A stretch of DNA of 63,142 nucleotides, filler included, from Squatina squatina (GCA_031763465.1; 4 parts of 4 records of this genome joined end to end with filler, not necessarily neighbours in it); one strand, 5' to 3'; shown: positions 22,687-36,377, numbered from the whole stretch's first letter. Program-made: numbers and translations. Notes: generated by a model from the letters alone, not told the origin.

Positions 22687-25600
22687 CTGTCGTTCCAATT
22701 TGAAAATTAAACACTTCAAAATTAAATACGTTACTGCTTCCATCTATTTTCATGTGAAAATTAAAGACACATAACCGCACCCGCATTATGAACTGCACAG
22801 GAGATTGTTTTGGAGGTTGCTCGGTGACAATATGCATTGTTGTGCCAAGCACACAAATGCTGCTCATCCATGTGAGGCAAATGGCTGTTAACAGGCTAAT
22901 GTGACAGCAAGTTTCTTCACACCCTCCTACCAACAACATTGATCCTCTTTCCCTCCTCCACAGGTCCACTTCACATATTACCACACATTAGTAGAAAGAG
23001 CAAACAGAACAGCTTCTTTATAGCAAGCTGAAACAGGAATTATTTAACACTGCATGCACAAAATTATTGCTCAGTGCCCCCCAAAAAATGCACACATAAA
23101 ATAGATTCAAACTTCAGATGCAGGTCATATCAGCTGTGAAGCCCAACTTAATAAGTAGAGGTTTGTGCTCAAGAGCAAGAGAATATGCTGTATATCCCGC
23201 AGGCAGGCTGACTTAATCACTGATGATAATTATGATAATTCACACGCAACAAAACTGCAAATAAGGCCAGATCAGCACCACAAGTTGGATAGGAAATTGC
23301 GTCTCGTGGCTCTTTTCTATAAATACTGCTTCGATTTAGAATTTAGANNNNNNNNNNNNNNNNNNNNNNNNNNNNNNNNNNNNNNNNNNNNNNNNNNNNN
23401 NNNNNNNNNNNNNNNNNNNNNNNNNNNNNNNNNNNNNNNNNNNNNNNCCCACGATCTTTTGAGTCAGTGGCAAGAGTGCTACCAACTGAGCATAAATATG
23501 ATTGATACCTCTCAACATTCATATGAGTAATGAATGCCTTTACTTCTCATTTCTGTTGATATCCTGCAAAGAAATCTTCTTTCCAAATCTGACAGTCTCC
23601 TCCAGGTCCGATTCTTCCTGTAGCGCTTCACTGGACTATTCTCGGTAAATATACGTGAAGCCAGCTGCATGTGGATCCCTGTCAGCAGACACATCTGTGG
23701 ACACTCATCTGTTGAGAGGTGTCTTAATTAAATTACCCTTGGCCTCATTTTTGGAGCTGTGGGTGAGTTTCTAACTCACACTGCTACTCACCCGCCCAAA
23801 ACGGGTAAGAGTTAAAATCAGGCCACAGGTCATATACCACACAGGTTTTCCCACGGTGTGCTACGGAATAATTTAAATGCGGTTATTTCAAGGTTGGGAC
23901 GTTCAATCCCTGCCTTTACTTTCATTTGAATGACCCTAAAGAATTAGCTTGAGACTGGCCACAAAGCATGACTAATAGCTTTAGTAATATGTGGCTGCAC
24001 AGACTTAATGACTCTCTTTGATCAGTAAATGATACACTTGCTGCCTTTAGCTACAGCAGAAATGTAGTGCTTGGTTTTAAAACATAATCATTAATGTAGC
24101 ATGTCAGAGAAACAGTGTCGCCATTACCTTTGGATTGGTGTCAACAAAAAGTCTGAACAATGAATGTAAGCCTACCTTAACCGCAAACAAAAATTAAGGG
24201 AGCCTGACAGCTAAAACNNNNNNNNNNNNNNNNNNNNNNNNNNNNNNNNNNNNNNNNNNNNNNNNNNNNNNNNNNNNNNNNNNNNNNNNNNNNNNNNNNN
24301 NNNNNNNNNNNNNNNNNCAATTCTAAATACCTTTATTGCACTATTCTAATTCTATAAAGTATTTTTGTGATTTGCATTTATATAGTGCCTTTTAAAATGA
24401 GAAATCATCCCTAGCTACTTTGCAAATAGGTAAACTGATAGCGAGCCACAAGGGAGAATTTAGAATGGGTGACTGAAAGCCTGATCAGAGAGGTTTTTAA
24501 AAGGTGAAAAGTAATGTTAGTCTTTTGAAAGAATGAAATGAAAATATTTCTGCTCTTAATGTAATTTTATGTTTGAGACAAAACTATTGGTCTGGATATT
24601 GCTGGAAAAATAATGAGTCCACTTTTTTAAAAAAAATACAGTAATTTGAAACAAAGAAGTGATATGTTATGAGTTACGATTTGCCACAAACTGCCTTTTT
24701 ATATATTAAGTAAGTTTAGAAGCTTGAAATATATGTTTTGAGTTGAATATGTAAGCCATACAAACCAAACTATAAACAGACAATAGACACCTTTTGTGTT
24801 CAGAGGATGGAGTGTTTATGTTGCCATGGTGGAGGTTGAAGTGGCTATGTTTTGATTTATTTCCATTCCATTGAGAGTCACTTAATGTTTAACTTTTCAT
24901 AATCTCCTGATGACCACCAGGCTTCTTGTAACTTCAGTGAAATGTAATTGGATTATTTAGTGGATGGAACCAGCGATTCAATTTCACGTAACACTGCACA
25001 TTGTACTTTCTGTGGCGTTTTACATGGGCGGAAAAAGTTTCTGAGAGACTCTGGATTCAATTCTTCTGCAACTTTATAATCTGGTTCCTAATGATGACCT
25101 GTTGCAAATTATTCGATGTTGCTGTAATCCAGGAATTTAGATTGACATTGTNNNNNNNNNNNNNNNNNNNNNNNNNNNNNNNNNNNNNNNNNNNNNNNNN
25201 NNNNNNNNNNNNNNNNNNNNNNNNNNNNNNNNNNNNNNNNNNNNNNNNNNNCCATTTCAAACTGCTCACTTCAAATGTTCTGCAGCCAGAAACAGGACCT
25301 TCAGGCTAATGAATGAAGTGTTAAGTGAAGCTTGACGGAGAAAATTCAGGAGAAAAAACATTCAGTACAAGGAGAATTGAAATCTTAAGCCTTAAGCAGC
25401 TAGTTTCTCCTTTTTTATAAAACAGTTTACAGTTTAAAAAAAATCTAATCTGTATTGATTATCTAAATTAATGATTTACATTGATTCCACTGTACACAAT
25501 ATTTATCTAACAGGCAGACCTATGCAAATAATGATTGATAATTATTTACTATTGTGTTTTCAGTTCAGACATGTATTTTAATTTGGGTTTTTTCAGTGTG

Positions 25601-26321
25601 GAATAGATCCAAAAATATAAATAAACTAAGGATAATATGTATTGCAGTTCTATTTATTTGTTTTTAAGAACAGAATATTCTCATTATAATGTACTTCATC
25701 TCTCTTTGTGCCATACCTCCTTAAATCCGAGTTTGAACAGTACTATTCATCCACCTGTCCCGGCAGCCTGTGTAGTTGCTTTGCCCCTTTGTCATTAACT
25801 GTTCTTCATGAAGGAAAATTAACAGAGTACTTTGCATTTGTGGTCTGTTATCTTGACTATCAGATTTGAGGTCAGAATTCCATCCTAAAATGCAACTTTA
25901 TTGATGGAAAGAAAGAAGAATCTCTTGACATAAGTTACATCTGTTTAATTATTACATTTGGATATTTCTTTAAAAAATTCAGTAGTAACAATTCTTTGGC
26001 GTTGATAGCCATAATGCTGGGAGCATATGCCTTCCATCATCAAAGTAGTGTTGTCGGATTTAACATGATTAATTTTGTAAACTACAAAGACTCTTGTTAA
26101 TACACTACTAGTGTGTTTTATTTTGAGCCCTATTAGAAAATATTCCTCTTTGCCCCTCTCCCAGCTAACTTGTATTCGTTCCAATTCTGACGGAGCAGGT
26201 GGGAGTTTGACATTTCCACTGCAGTCAACCCTATTTTAATTTTCAAAAAATAGAAATTCTGAAAAGACATGTTCAAATGATACAGTGCTATTTTATATTC
26301 TTAATTGCTTTTCTTCATAAG

Positions 26322-26372
26322 GTTGAAGATGCTGAGGTGAAACTTTCTGAAGAAGCACAGCAAATAGTGAAG
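26322..26372 (+). CDS. Candidate 51-bp symmetric internal exon, gene unidentified (VEDAEVKLSEEAQQIVK)
   Basis: Pyrimidine tract plus AG (ttgcttttcttcataag), strong donor AAG|gtaggt, purine-rich body, and only the phase-0 frame is open. Confidence 0.5.
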
Positions 26373-27074
26373 GTAGGTCCTCTAATTTGACTTTTAAAAA
26401 TGTAGTAATTATATCGTTCATAACTTTTAGCAATTACATTTGCGCAATGACCGTGTTTAATTTGCTGCGATGGCATACACTCTCTGGAAGTTCGAATTAT
26501 GAACAGTGCCAGGAATAATGGAAATAATTTGAGATGTTATGGTCTGATTCTGCAGTCATATTTCCAGATCTGCGATCTCAGTCTCAGGTTGGTTTTGGAT
26601 TCTTAAATGTTGATATTTTTACTACAGCACATTCTGGATTTTAGCTTTCATAAATTAGAAGCACCCCTTTGCATCAATGGCCAGTGTGTGCCATNNNNNN
26701 NNNNNNNNNNNNNNNNNNNNNNNNNNNNNNNNNNNNNNNNNNNNNNNNNNNNNNNNNNNNNNNNNNNNNNNNNNNNNNNNNNNNNNNNNNNNNNGGCCAA
26801 TTCCCGTCTCATACCCTCAAAGTTATTGCCCAGATGCTGCATAGTGTGGTACCCTTACTTAGAATGTCACTGGGATGGAAACCCAAGTTCAATTGTAGGT
26901 GGTTCAATGAATTGGAACCTTTGGCGTGTGGGGAGCGAGACTTCTGAAATGAGGAATAGTATAGAAAGACAACGACAAATTACATTTTCATTTAATATTT
27001 AGTCTTTGAATTTCTCTCTGCTTCTTTGTAGGCTTGGTCAGTAATGTTGTTTTCACCAGCTTGNNNNNNNNNNC

Positions 27075-27185
<111 letters not shown>

Positions 27186-29887
27186 TAAAGTTTGTACACA
27201 ATTACGCTCAAAACTTATGTTTCTGATTTCATTGTTCATTTAAAAGGCACACCCAGTGAATTATAGTAAATATTAGTAGTATTTCTCTCTACATTTAAAA
27301 ATAATCTATCAAGTTAATTTTAAATAAAAAATATCTTCTAGCTATAGCATTAAAATCTAGTTAGACACTTTGGCTGGATCTTACCAGCCCTGCAAGTGCG
27401 GGTTTGGAGACGGGCCCGCTGTCAAAATGGCCATGATTGACAGTGGACAGAAGTCTGCTGTGAACCCACCTCCTTGTAAGCTTCCAAAGTGCCGGGTCCT
27501 GCTCCGGTTCACAGACCCGGCAACAAGTGGCGGGCCAGCCAATTAACATCATTAAGAAGAAATTTAAAGGTATTTTAAANNNNNNNNNNNNNNNNNNNNN
27601 NNNNNNNNNNNNNNNNNNNNNNNNNNNNNNNNNNNNNNNNNNNNNNNNNNNNNNNNNNNNNNNNNNNNNNNNNNNNNNNCATGTGGCTTTCAATAGGAAT
27701 AAATATCAAGGCACTGACTGATCACTGAAAAAAGAAACTGCAGGATTTGGAAGGGATGCTCAGAAAAGCTCAATTTTTATATTTTAACTATTCTCCCACA
27801 ATTTACAACTCTATTTACTTTGCTAATAACAATCTCTTTCAGCTCTGTAGTGCATATGATTTCACCACTGTATAAGTCATATGTCACACACACATGATTT
27901 ACTATGAGTTGTCGACAGAGCAATACAACAGACCGACAATTGATCAAGACAACTTAAGTTACTTATATTTGTTTAAGTGGATAATCTTGCTCCTCCCAAC
28001 CTTACAAAAAGCTTCTATACATTACTAAACAAGAACATTAGCTGTATGGTTACAAATAACTATTGTTTTAAAAAGATGCAATATAATATGACCCAGTCTC
28101 CCAAAAAGCCAAGCATTTTGCAATGCATTAATCAGGTATGTTATTATTGTGACATAATATAGCCCAGAATAAATGCAAAAAAAATTGTTCCATTTATCTC
28201 TGGACAAGAGTAAATTTTAACTGATGAGAATGGTAACCTGCTGATCACCAATACTTGCAGTCAATACCTCAGGTACTATTAATGTTTTGCTGTAGTTATG
28301 GTGTGGTGATGAAGAAAGCTTTTAGCCTTATCACTAAATATATGCAGGGCTGTGTAGCTGAATTTGACCAAATGAATAAACTAAGCGGGCAGGTGCATGT
28401 TTTGGTGACTTCACTTCACAAGTCTAATGAGTAAATGGCAGTTTAAGCACATTTAGCTGACAAAGCAGTTCGTAGCTAGTAGGAGAAGTAGAAAGTAGGA
28501 AACTGTATAGAAACTCTTTGAAGCCTTCCCCTAAAAGTAGTCTTTACAGCTATGCTGTGTTGATATCCTGATAGGTTTGAGTGTTTGTTTACCACTATAA
28601 CCTCACAACTAATGTTAATACGCTGGGACGGCAAAGAAATAGTTTTTGTGTGTCCCAACGTAGAGTTGTGATGGGCGACATGAACTTTTTTGAAACAAAT
28701 TTTTATCCAAGATGGGATCAAATGTAAAGAAACAACAGTGCCTAAATAATTATTTTTAAAAGCTTTGTAATGTTTTCTATCTGAAGCTGTATTAAGACTT
28801 TTACAGTGAGCCACTCGGAAGCTGACTGCTCAACCTTGATTTGGGAGCCAACATTGCTTTAACCGGGAGAGGTAAATTATTGTCCTGCGCTGTAATAAAG
28901 TCTGTTTNNNNNNNNNNNNNNNNNNNNNNNNNNNNNNNNNNNNNNNNNNNNNNNNNNNNNNNNNNNNNNNNNNNNNNNNNNNNNNNNNNNNNNNNNNNNN
29001 NNNNNNNGATAGATCATTGCCATGCTGTAATAAATCAGGTATAAACAAAAACTAAACTTGGATCCACCCAGAATCGTGGCATGTGGCCAGTTTATGTCCA
29101 TCTATAAAGCAAAATGATACGATATTACAGGGTATTGCAAATGTCGTCCATCATAAACTAATGGAAAAGTTAAGCTGCTTAAATATCACTAAGATGGAGT
29201 TAAGAATATTAGGCTACATTAAAATGTTAGTTTAACATCAGTGACTTCTGTGATTATAGAGGCAGGAAGATAGTCAATGTATGATGCAGCCAGTCATTGT
29301 ATTTGCATAGCACATGTAAAAAAAATATAGATTTACTGAGAGTGGTCCAGTGTGGCATCCAGATGGCCTTAGCCCTTTCACCACACTTCATTCTCTGCCA
29401 TTGGGAGCAGCAAGGATTATATCAGCCCTCTTATTGATATTAGTTTGGGCTGTTACGATTTTGGCAGCTGTTTTGCTGCTTCATTGCTCTGCTCTGGATT
29501 AAACAAAAATTTAAAAAATGTTAAATGGAAAGAATATTATGCAAGTTATCATTTCTTGCACTGCTAAAAGTGCAAGTTATTTTATTGTACACTACATACT
29601 TGTGGCTTACTAATTCACTTGTTGCAAAGGAAAACTGCAAAAGGTGTAAATCGCTTTTGGTTTAAAAGAAAAGCAACAAGTGTCTGTGGTTCTGTCAGGT
29701 CAAATCATACTCGCATTACAGGGTGCAGTGACATATTTGTACGTTCAACCCAGAATACTAGAGGCCCATATTTCAATGTTGTATAATTGCCTTCATTCAT
29801 GCCAACAGATATATGGTATAAATTAAAGTGACATTATTTGAAGTCTCACTTCGACGCATTTGAGAACTCGAGTACTTNNNNNNNNNN

Positions 29888-31085
29888 TCAATAGAAGAGA
29901 AGATGTATTGACATGTTTTGGTAAAAATACAGTGGTTGGTTTTACTAAGCACAATGACAACCAAAGTAAATTCTTGTCTACAAATATTTTGGGTACGATG
30001 CCTCTTGGGTTATTTGGTGTTTCTGACATTTGACTGGGTCAGGATCTACAAGGTATTTGAATTTATAAACAACTCTCTTGAAATAATTGGATCCTTCAGT
30101 TAACTGCAAGAGGCAGTCACTTATATTAAATATTTTGGGTTTCTGGGCCTCCTGTTAATTATGACCTTATGACCTATTAAAAGATGGTGTTGGTGAAAGG
30201 GATTTAGTATTAAATAACAGGAGTATTGCAAAAACAAAATCTGAATGCCAAGCAGGTGTTTTGATGTTAAACTGTTAGCAGGCCTTAACAGAGTGTGCTT
30301 GCATTGTTGTTATTGGGAGAGTGTCTTGTACTGGTCGCTGAAGTTATGGAACCTACATTCTTTAAAAGGGAACACAACAGCTTAAATTAGCTTACATTCC
30401 CTGGTCTGCTTGACTCCAGGGTTAATTTAAGTTATAGTTTAAGTGTTCCTGTTTGGAATTCTAACAGTATTTGCACATAAAGAATTCAATTAAAGAATGG
30501 GTATTCAGAAAAAAGGGAACAATTTTATTTGTTTGATAACAATGACTTTACTGTGATTTGCTACAACCTATGATGTAATTTTAAACGTCAGATCATTAGC
30601 AAAATAACTTACCTCATAACATAAATTGAAAGATATAACAAATTTTTAGACAATTACTTGCTGAATTTTTCAAGCAAAGTTCTTCATATAAATGAAGAGT
30701 GAATTCAGGAATTTATTTGTTTGACTTGAAAGCGTGCCAAATTTGTCATTTTGATACTAACTTTAACCACTTTAGTTTGTGTTTTTTGGGAGGGGAGAAT
30801 ATCTTTAAATTAAAGTTTGAATTGTATTTGCACAAAACTACTGTAACTTCAGTTAAACTGGTTTTGCGTGTGACTGAAGCTTTTTTGCATATCTTGTATT
30901 TATTACACTGCAAAAGATATAATTAATCCAACAAAGTGTATAGAATAATTATTAGTTTTCCCATTTATTTTTGTATTTGTTGACATTTTTACCTGTAGTT
31001 GTGATGTTTTGCAATTTTTACACATGTACTTTTCAGCAATTGCGTTTCAATTCAACGTTCAATAAAATTTATATGTTTCACCAAT
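29888..31085 (+). other. Candidate 3' UTR end with polyadenylation signal
   Basis: Repeat-free U/AU-rich tract with many TGTA motifs, ending in AATAAA (31061-31066) followed by ATTAAA. Compositional inference only. Confidence 0.35.
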
Positions 31086-31679
31086 TAAAGTGGTCATCTT
31101 TAATTCAACACCTCCAGTTCTGGATTCTGAAGTACAGTATCCCTTTTTAAAATTGAAGGGAGAATCGTAATCCTACTAGATAAAGGCATTGCCTGGTGTA
31201 GAGGCAACATGAACCTTGGTTGTTACAGAAACAGGCCCATTGGACCCAACTGGTATATCCAAGAGCCTCCTCTTAATCTAACCCTATTGGCATATCCCTC
31301 TATTCCTTTTGCAAGGAATTGAGATAATTAAAAGTACAGTTGAAGAGAAGGAACTTAAGGAGGCTTTTGAATGCAGCCAGGAGGTGGCATGTGAAGGTGA
31401 AAACCAGGACTCTTGTCAATTCACTGGTGTAGGTGATGAGGATAACGTTAAAAGAAAAGGGTGTGAAGAAGTGCAATCTATAATTTAAGATTATCACTGA
31501 TACAGTTATGGCAAAAAAACATGATAACATACGTTTTGGTTATATCATTGAACATAATTGTATAAGGGGTAAGAGTGTTNNNNNNNNNNNNNNNNNNNNN
31601 NNNNNNNNNNNNNNNNNNNNNNNNNNNNNNNNNNNNNNNNNNNNNNNNNNNNNNNNNNNNNNNNNNNNNNNNNNNNNNN

Positions 31680-32351
31680 TGCAGGGGACAGTCGGTCGAA
31701 CCTTGCGGCCAGTTTCAGTTGGGATCTCGTTGACCCAGTGAACACGTTGCCCTCCCACACTCCAGAGTTGCTGAGGTGCAGTTCGGTACTGGACTCGCCA
31801 ATCAGGAAGACGCGGTGAGCCCCGGGAATGCGGACTCGGAACCTTACCCACTTCTCAGAGGGAAGCACGCCAGACTTGGGCTCAAAGAGGATGCATCCCT
31901 TCTTACACGGGCTGTACATCTGAGGGAATGGAGGCCACCGCAGCTCAGCGTAGCACCGGATAACATAATCGCAGGCGTGTCCAAAATCCTCCTCATCTTC
32001 AGGTCTGACAAATACCCCGAGCTTGTAGAGTCCTGAAGCAGGGAGACGAACACCAATGCTCACTTTGTTTTGTGTATGGGTGCATAAGGTGTGTCTTTCC
32101 AAAGGGCAGTCCTCAGCGCTTGCCTCATCCCTAGTTAGCACTGCAGTAACTTCCACATCCTTGATGGTCTGAAAAGTGATGTTGCACTTGCCGTGTTTTG
32201 TGTTTATAACAGATTCGGGATGACTGGCTTGGAATAAACCAATTTCTTTCGTCCTTACCCCAGGGCCACAATGGTTGCTCAAGTTTGCAGGAAACAGCTC
32301 ATTTTGATTGACAGGGTTTGGGCAATAGATAAGACAGTTGCAGATGTTCTG
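31680..32351 (-). CDS. KY: KY-family (kyphoscoliosis peptidase-like) large C-terminal exon, both ends lost in gaps
   Basis: About 224 uninterrupted codons: FPANLSNHCGP...ASHPESVINTKHGKCNITF...VRLPASGLYKLGVFVR...WPPFPQMYSPC...LFEPKSGVLPSEKWVRFRVRIPG...GVWEG, collinear with the human KY C-terminus as recalled. May be a paralogue. Confidence 0.85.
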
Positions 32352-32581
32352 NNNNNNNNNNNNNNNNNNNNNNNNNNNNNNNNNNNNNNNNNNNNNNNNN
32401 NNNNNNNNNNNNNNNNNNNNNNNNNNNNNNNNNNNNNNNNNNNNNNNNNNNCCCCTCCCCCCCACCCCAGGAATTGTATTCTGTAAGTGCCCATCATGTC
32501 GAAAAAATAGATGGGTAACTTCAGAGGACATTGTCGGATTAGACCTTTGGCAGTGGAGTCAATTCATTTGTCCTTCTTTAC

Positions 32582-32772
32582 CTGTCTGGAGTAAGAACAT
32601 CTTTGGGGAGATGAGTGAGAGACCAAGTCTATAGAATGCAGATGTTTTAAAAACCTGTCGTTCAAAGTCTTCCAAAGAGATCACCGAATCCATCAGCTGC
32701 CATTTTGGATCATCTGGCCAATGAGAATCTATAAATTCTTCCGGGTCTGCTAGGAAATAGTAATCATCATAT
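32582..32772 (-). CDS. KY: KY-family internal exon following the transglutaminase-like core, 191 bp, phase 2/1
   Basis: Encodes YDDYYFLADPEEFIDSHWPDDPKWQLMDSVISLEDFERQVFKTSAFYRLGLSLISPKMFLLQT (compare KY YNEFYFLTHPALFIEDHFPDNKNWQLL). Acceptor tttttttttgctcag, donor G|gtaaag. Confidence 0.88.
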
Positions 32773-32877
32773 CTGAGCAAAAAAAAACCACACACACAAC
32801 TTGGATGTGCTTCATAGTCTTGTTATCGGTTTGAGTGGTGATGAAGGAGCACTAAGTATATTTGTCTGCCTCTCCAG

Positions 32878-33004
32878 TGCCTCAGACAACATTCCCAAAG
32901 CTGATGAAATCCGGACCTTAATCAAAGATACTTGGGATACTCGCATTGCGAAGCTGCGGCTGTCTGCAGATAACTTTGTGAATCAGCAGGAGGTGCATGC
33001 TAAG
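32878..33004 (+). CDS. GINS2: GINS complex subunit 2 (Psf2) internal exon, 127 bp, phase 2/0
   Basis: Encodes [42 protein letters not shown], near-identical to human GINS2 as recalled. Acceptor tgtctgcctctccag, donor AAG|gtaaga. Confidence 0.95.
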
Positions 33005-33089
33005 GTAAGAGATTCTGATTTTAAACCTGGAGCCCACATTGTTCCAACTGGGAAATCTGACTCTCGGTCTCCATTTTAACACCAAGCAG

Positions 33090-33430
33090 CAACTTGCCGT
33101 TATATAGTGCCTTTTAATGTAGAAAGAACCTCCCTTGGATTAATCAGGAAAAGATCGTGAGACAAAAAAAAAGAGATTCAAAGGAGTGACCTAAAAGCTT
33201 TGTCAAATAAGTGGGTTTTAAGGAGGGTAATAAAGGTAGAGATGGAGGTGGTCATAAGATATGAATTGGGAGCAGGAGTAGGCCAGACGGCCCCTCGAGC
33301 CTGTTCTGCCATTTAATAAGATCATGGCTGATCGCCAACCTCATCTCCACTATCCTCCTATTCCTTGGAGGAAAAGCAGAGGGGTTTAGGGGAGGAATTT
33401 TGAAGATGAAGGCTCTGGCACTAATTGGGG
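33090..33430 (-). mobile_element. L2 3' end interrupted by a CR1-type tail (about 33255-33355)
   Basis: aacttgccgttatatagtgcc...gagtgacctaaaagctttgtcaa resembles the L2 piece at 10530-10700. The insert reads ggagcaggagtaggccagacggcccctcgagcc...atcatggctgatc. Confidence 0.7.
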
Positions 33431-33439
33431 GGGGGGGGG

Positions 33440-33539
33440 NNNNNNNNNNNNNNNNNNNNNNNNNNNNNNNNNNNNNNNNNNNNTTAATTAATTAANNNNN
33501 NNNNNNNNNNNNNNNNNNNNNNNNNNNNNNNNNNNNNNN
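33440..33539. other. Artificial scaffold-join spacer
   Basis: 44 N + TTAATTAATTAA (33484-33495) + 44 N. Confidence 0.97.
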
Positions 33540-36377
33540 ATGTTTAAATGTTTTATTGTATGCTGGAGAGCAATATTAAGATAAAATTGATTTGATTACA
33601 TAAAATATCTCGCTGATTGTTAGCAAAAAAGAGAATGTATCAGGAATAGTCATACTGCTAAACAATTCTGAATCACAAATATTTTGAGTTCCAGTAGTGC
33701 CAAAACTATTATTGATAATACCCAGGAAAGATACCTTAAAATCATTTTCATACAATCTACTGTATAAAGGTATGAAAGTGGTGAGGGGTATACAACATTG
33801 GCACCAAATTCTCCAAGTGAAAGTAGCATTAACACTCACAACCTGGATTGTGGGCCTTAAACTAGTCAAGCCAACATCTTTTGAGTATCAACTGTGAGAT
33901 GGCATAAAAATAGTACTGGAATCCTGCCCATCTTAATAGTGTCCACAGCATTCCCAGCATATAAATACAAAAATGACCCAATACTTGATAGCTGGGCTGT
34001 GCTGCGCATGCATACACCATTATCAAACAGCTAAGCTGCCCCCACTGTGATTGTAATTTGAACTTGGACAGTTCTGATCATGGGGCAGTAATACCCACAG
34101 TTAAGCAACCAGTGAGGGTCCTGGCAACTCGTGTAAATGGAGATACACTGCAACTTGCTATTATTCAGTTTTATCACCAAAACAAAGACAGTAAGCCATT
34201 TTTTGAATCAGATCCCATGAGAAAGTTCCCACTAGGTGTGCAAATCATGACCAAAGTTTTTCAGAGTCTGTAACACTTCAAGCGATTTAATACAAGAAAC
34301 AGCATTTGGAAAATACGCAGGATATTGCACCCAGTCAGACAGAGTGCTAACTTCTCTCATCACCTATTTCCCTTGGAGATGAGAGTTTGAATCCAGACCA
34401 GAGCTAAGAAGTCAACCATGCTATAGCTACTTCTTGGAACATAAAAATTCAGCACAGTACAATTCCTAAGTTAGATATAGATTGATTTANNNNNNNNNNN
34501 NNNNNNNNNNNNNNNNNNNNNNNNNNNNNNNNNNNNNNNNNNNNNNNNNNNNNNNNNNNNNNNNNNNNNNNNNNNNNNNNNNNNNNNNNNNNNNNNNNNN
34601 NNNNNNNNNNNNNNNNNNNNNNNNNNNNNNNNNNNNNNNNNNNNNNNNNNNNNNNNNNNNNNNNNNNNNNNNNNNNNNNNNNNNNNNNNNNNNNNNNNNN
34701 NNNNNNNNNNNNNNNNNNNNNNNNNNNNNNNNNNNNNNNNNNNNNNNNNNNNNNNNNNNNNNNNNNNNNNNNNNNNNNNNNNNNNNNNNNNNNNNNNNNN
34801 NNNNNNNNNNNNNNNNNNNNNNNNNNNNNNNNNNNNNNNNNNNNNNNNNNNNNNNNNNNNNNNNNNNNNNNNNNNNNNNNNNNNNNNNNNNNNNNNNNNN
34901 NNNNNNNNNNNNNNNNNNNNNNNNNNNNNNNNNNNNNNNNNNNNNNNNNNNNNNNNNNNNNNNNNNNNNNNNNNNNNNNNNNNNNNNNNNNNNNNNNNNN
35001 NNNNNNNNNNNNNNNNNNNNNNNNNNNNNNNNNNNNNNNNNNNNNNNNNNNNNNNNNNNNNNNNNNNNNNNNNNNNNNNNNNNNNNNNNNNNNNNNNNNN
35101 NNNNNNNNNNNNNNNNNNNNNNNNNNNNNNNNNNNNNNNNNNNNNNNNNNNNNNNNNNNNNNNNNNNNNNNNNNNNNNNNNNNNNNNNNNNNNNNNNNNN
35201 NNNNNNNNNNNNNNNNNNNNNNNNNNNNNNNNNNNNNNNNNNNNNNNNNNNNNNNNNNNNNNNNNNNNNNNNNNNNNNNNNNNNNNNNNNNNNNNNNNNN
35301 NNNNNNNNNNNNNNNNNNNNNNNNNNNNNNNNNNTCCATTGGTAAAGTAAAACGAACATGTAGAACAACGCAGGTAAGGATTCCATTTTTTAGAGTGCAC
35401 TAGCTTCCGATGTTACATAGCCATTCTAACATGGTATACACAAGTACTCAGCAGCAGAGATCTGCAACATCACAAACGGTCAAGGAGGCGCCTGTTAAAC
35501 AAATACACAATGAAGCAGAAATGGAGGACTGCTTTTTTTCACAAAGTGTGTACTGTAAGACATTCCTGCTGTTTAGACTCCTTTTCCAGCCACTCACATT
35601 CCTCTTGTACAAGAGCTGTAAAGTAAGTCATATGCAGACCAATTATTTTTACTTTGAAAGTCATAAATCAATACTGACTAATAAAAATGAAGACAGCTAA
35701 GCAACATTTCATGTGACTCAAACACAATAAAAATAAAACCAGATGGATACCAATGAAGCCCACAAAACATTTTTTGGCATTCACAACAAATGTCTTACAC
35801 AAATTATAGCACTTTTCATTTCTAACAGTAAATCAAACCAGGTCATAACATACAAGCAGTCTCTCTATTGGAATGTCAAAAAAAGAACACATCACACTCT
35901 CCAGAGCAATTTAGTAAATGTAAACCNNNNNNNNNNNNNNNNNNNNNNNNNNNNNNNNNNNNNNNNNNNNNNNNNNNNNNNNNNNNNNNNNNNNNNNNNN
36001 NNNNNNNNNNNNNNNNNNNNNNNNNNCAACACCACTCCTTCTCAGATTGATTGCTGTTTACCTTTCAACTTTTGTGCCTATTTTAGACCCAGAACAGAAT
36101 CTGTGTCTGCTCTCAGTGGACATAAGTCCTGCTGGGCTAATCAGACGTACACGTGACAGAAATCCCCGGATAGGCCAGGAGTGTACTCAGACATGCTTTC
36201 AAAGTACTGACTGAACATAACTGTGGTGGGCTCTCAATTTCCTGTAACCTTATGGACCGTGCGATAACCAAATTAATGGTCAGTCATGCATAAAGCAGAG
36301 AGGACAGCAGAAAATGTGATTTTCACCCAACAAGGGGTATTTCATAAATCTTGTGAAAAAATAAGCATAACTCCCAT

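Noticed and set aside
23740-23825. Short element with 11/12 inverted ends (tggcctcatttt / aaaatcaggcca)
   Set aside because: No target-site duplication and no clear second copy; too weak to call a MITE.
24950-25090. Minus-strand peptide EPDYKVAEELNPESLRNFFRPCKTPQKVQCAVLREIESLVPSTK*
   Set aside because: Weak acceptor and no recognised homology; cannot be distinguished from chance.
34449-35400. Longest ORFs in the track (287-309 aa)
   Set aside because: Almost entirely X from the 845-N gap at 34490-35334; artefacts.
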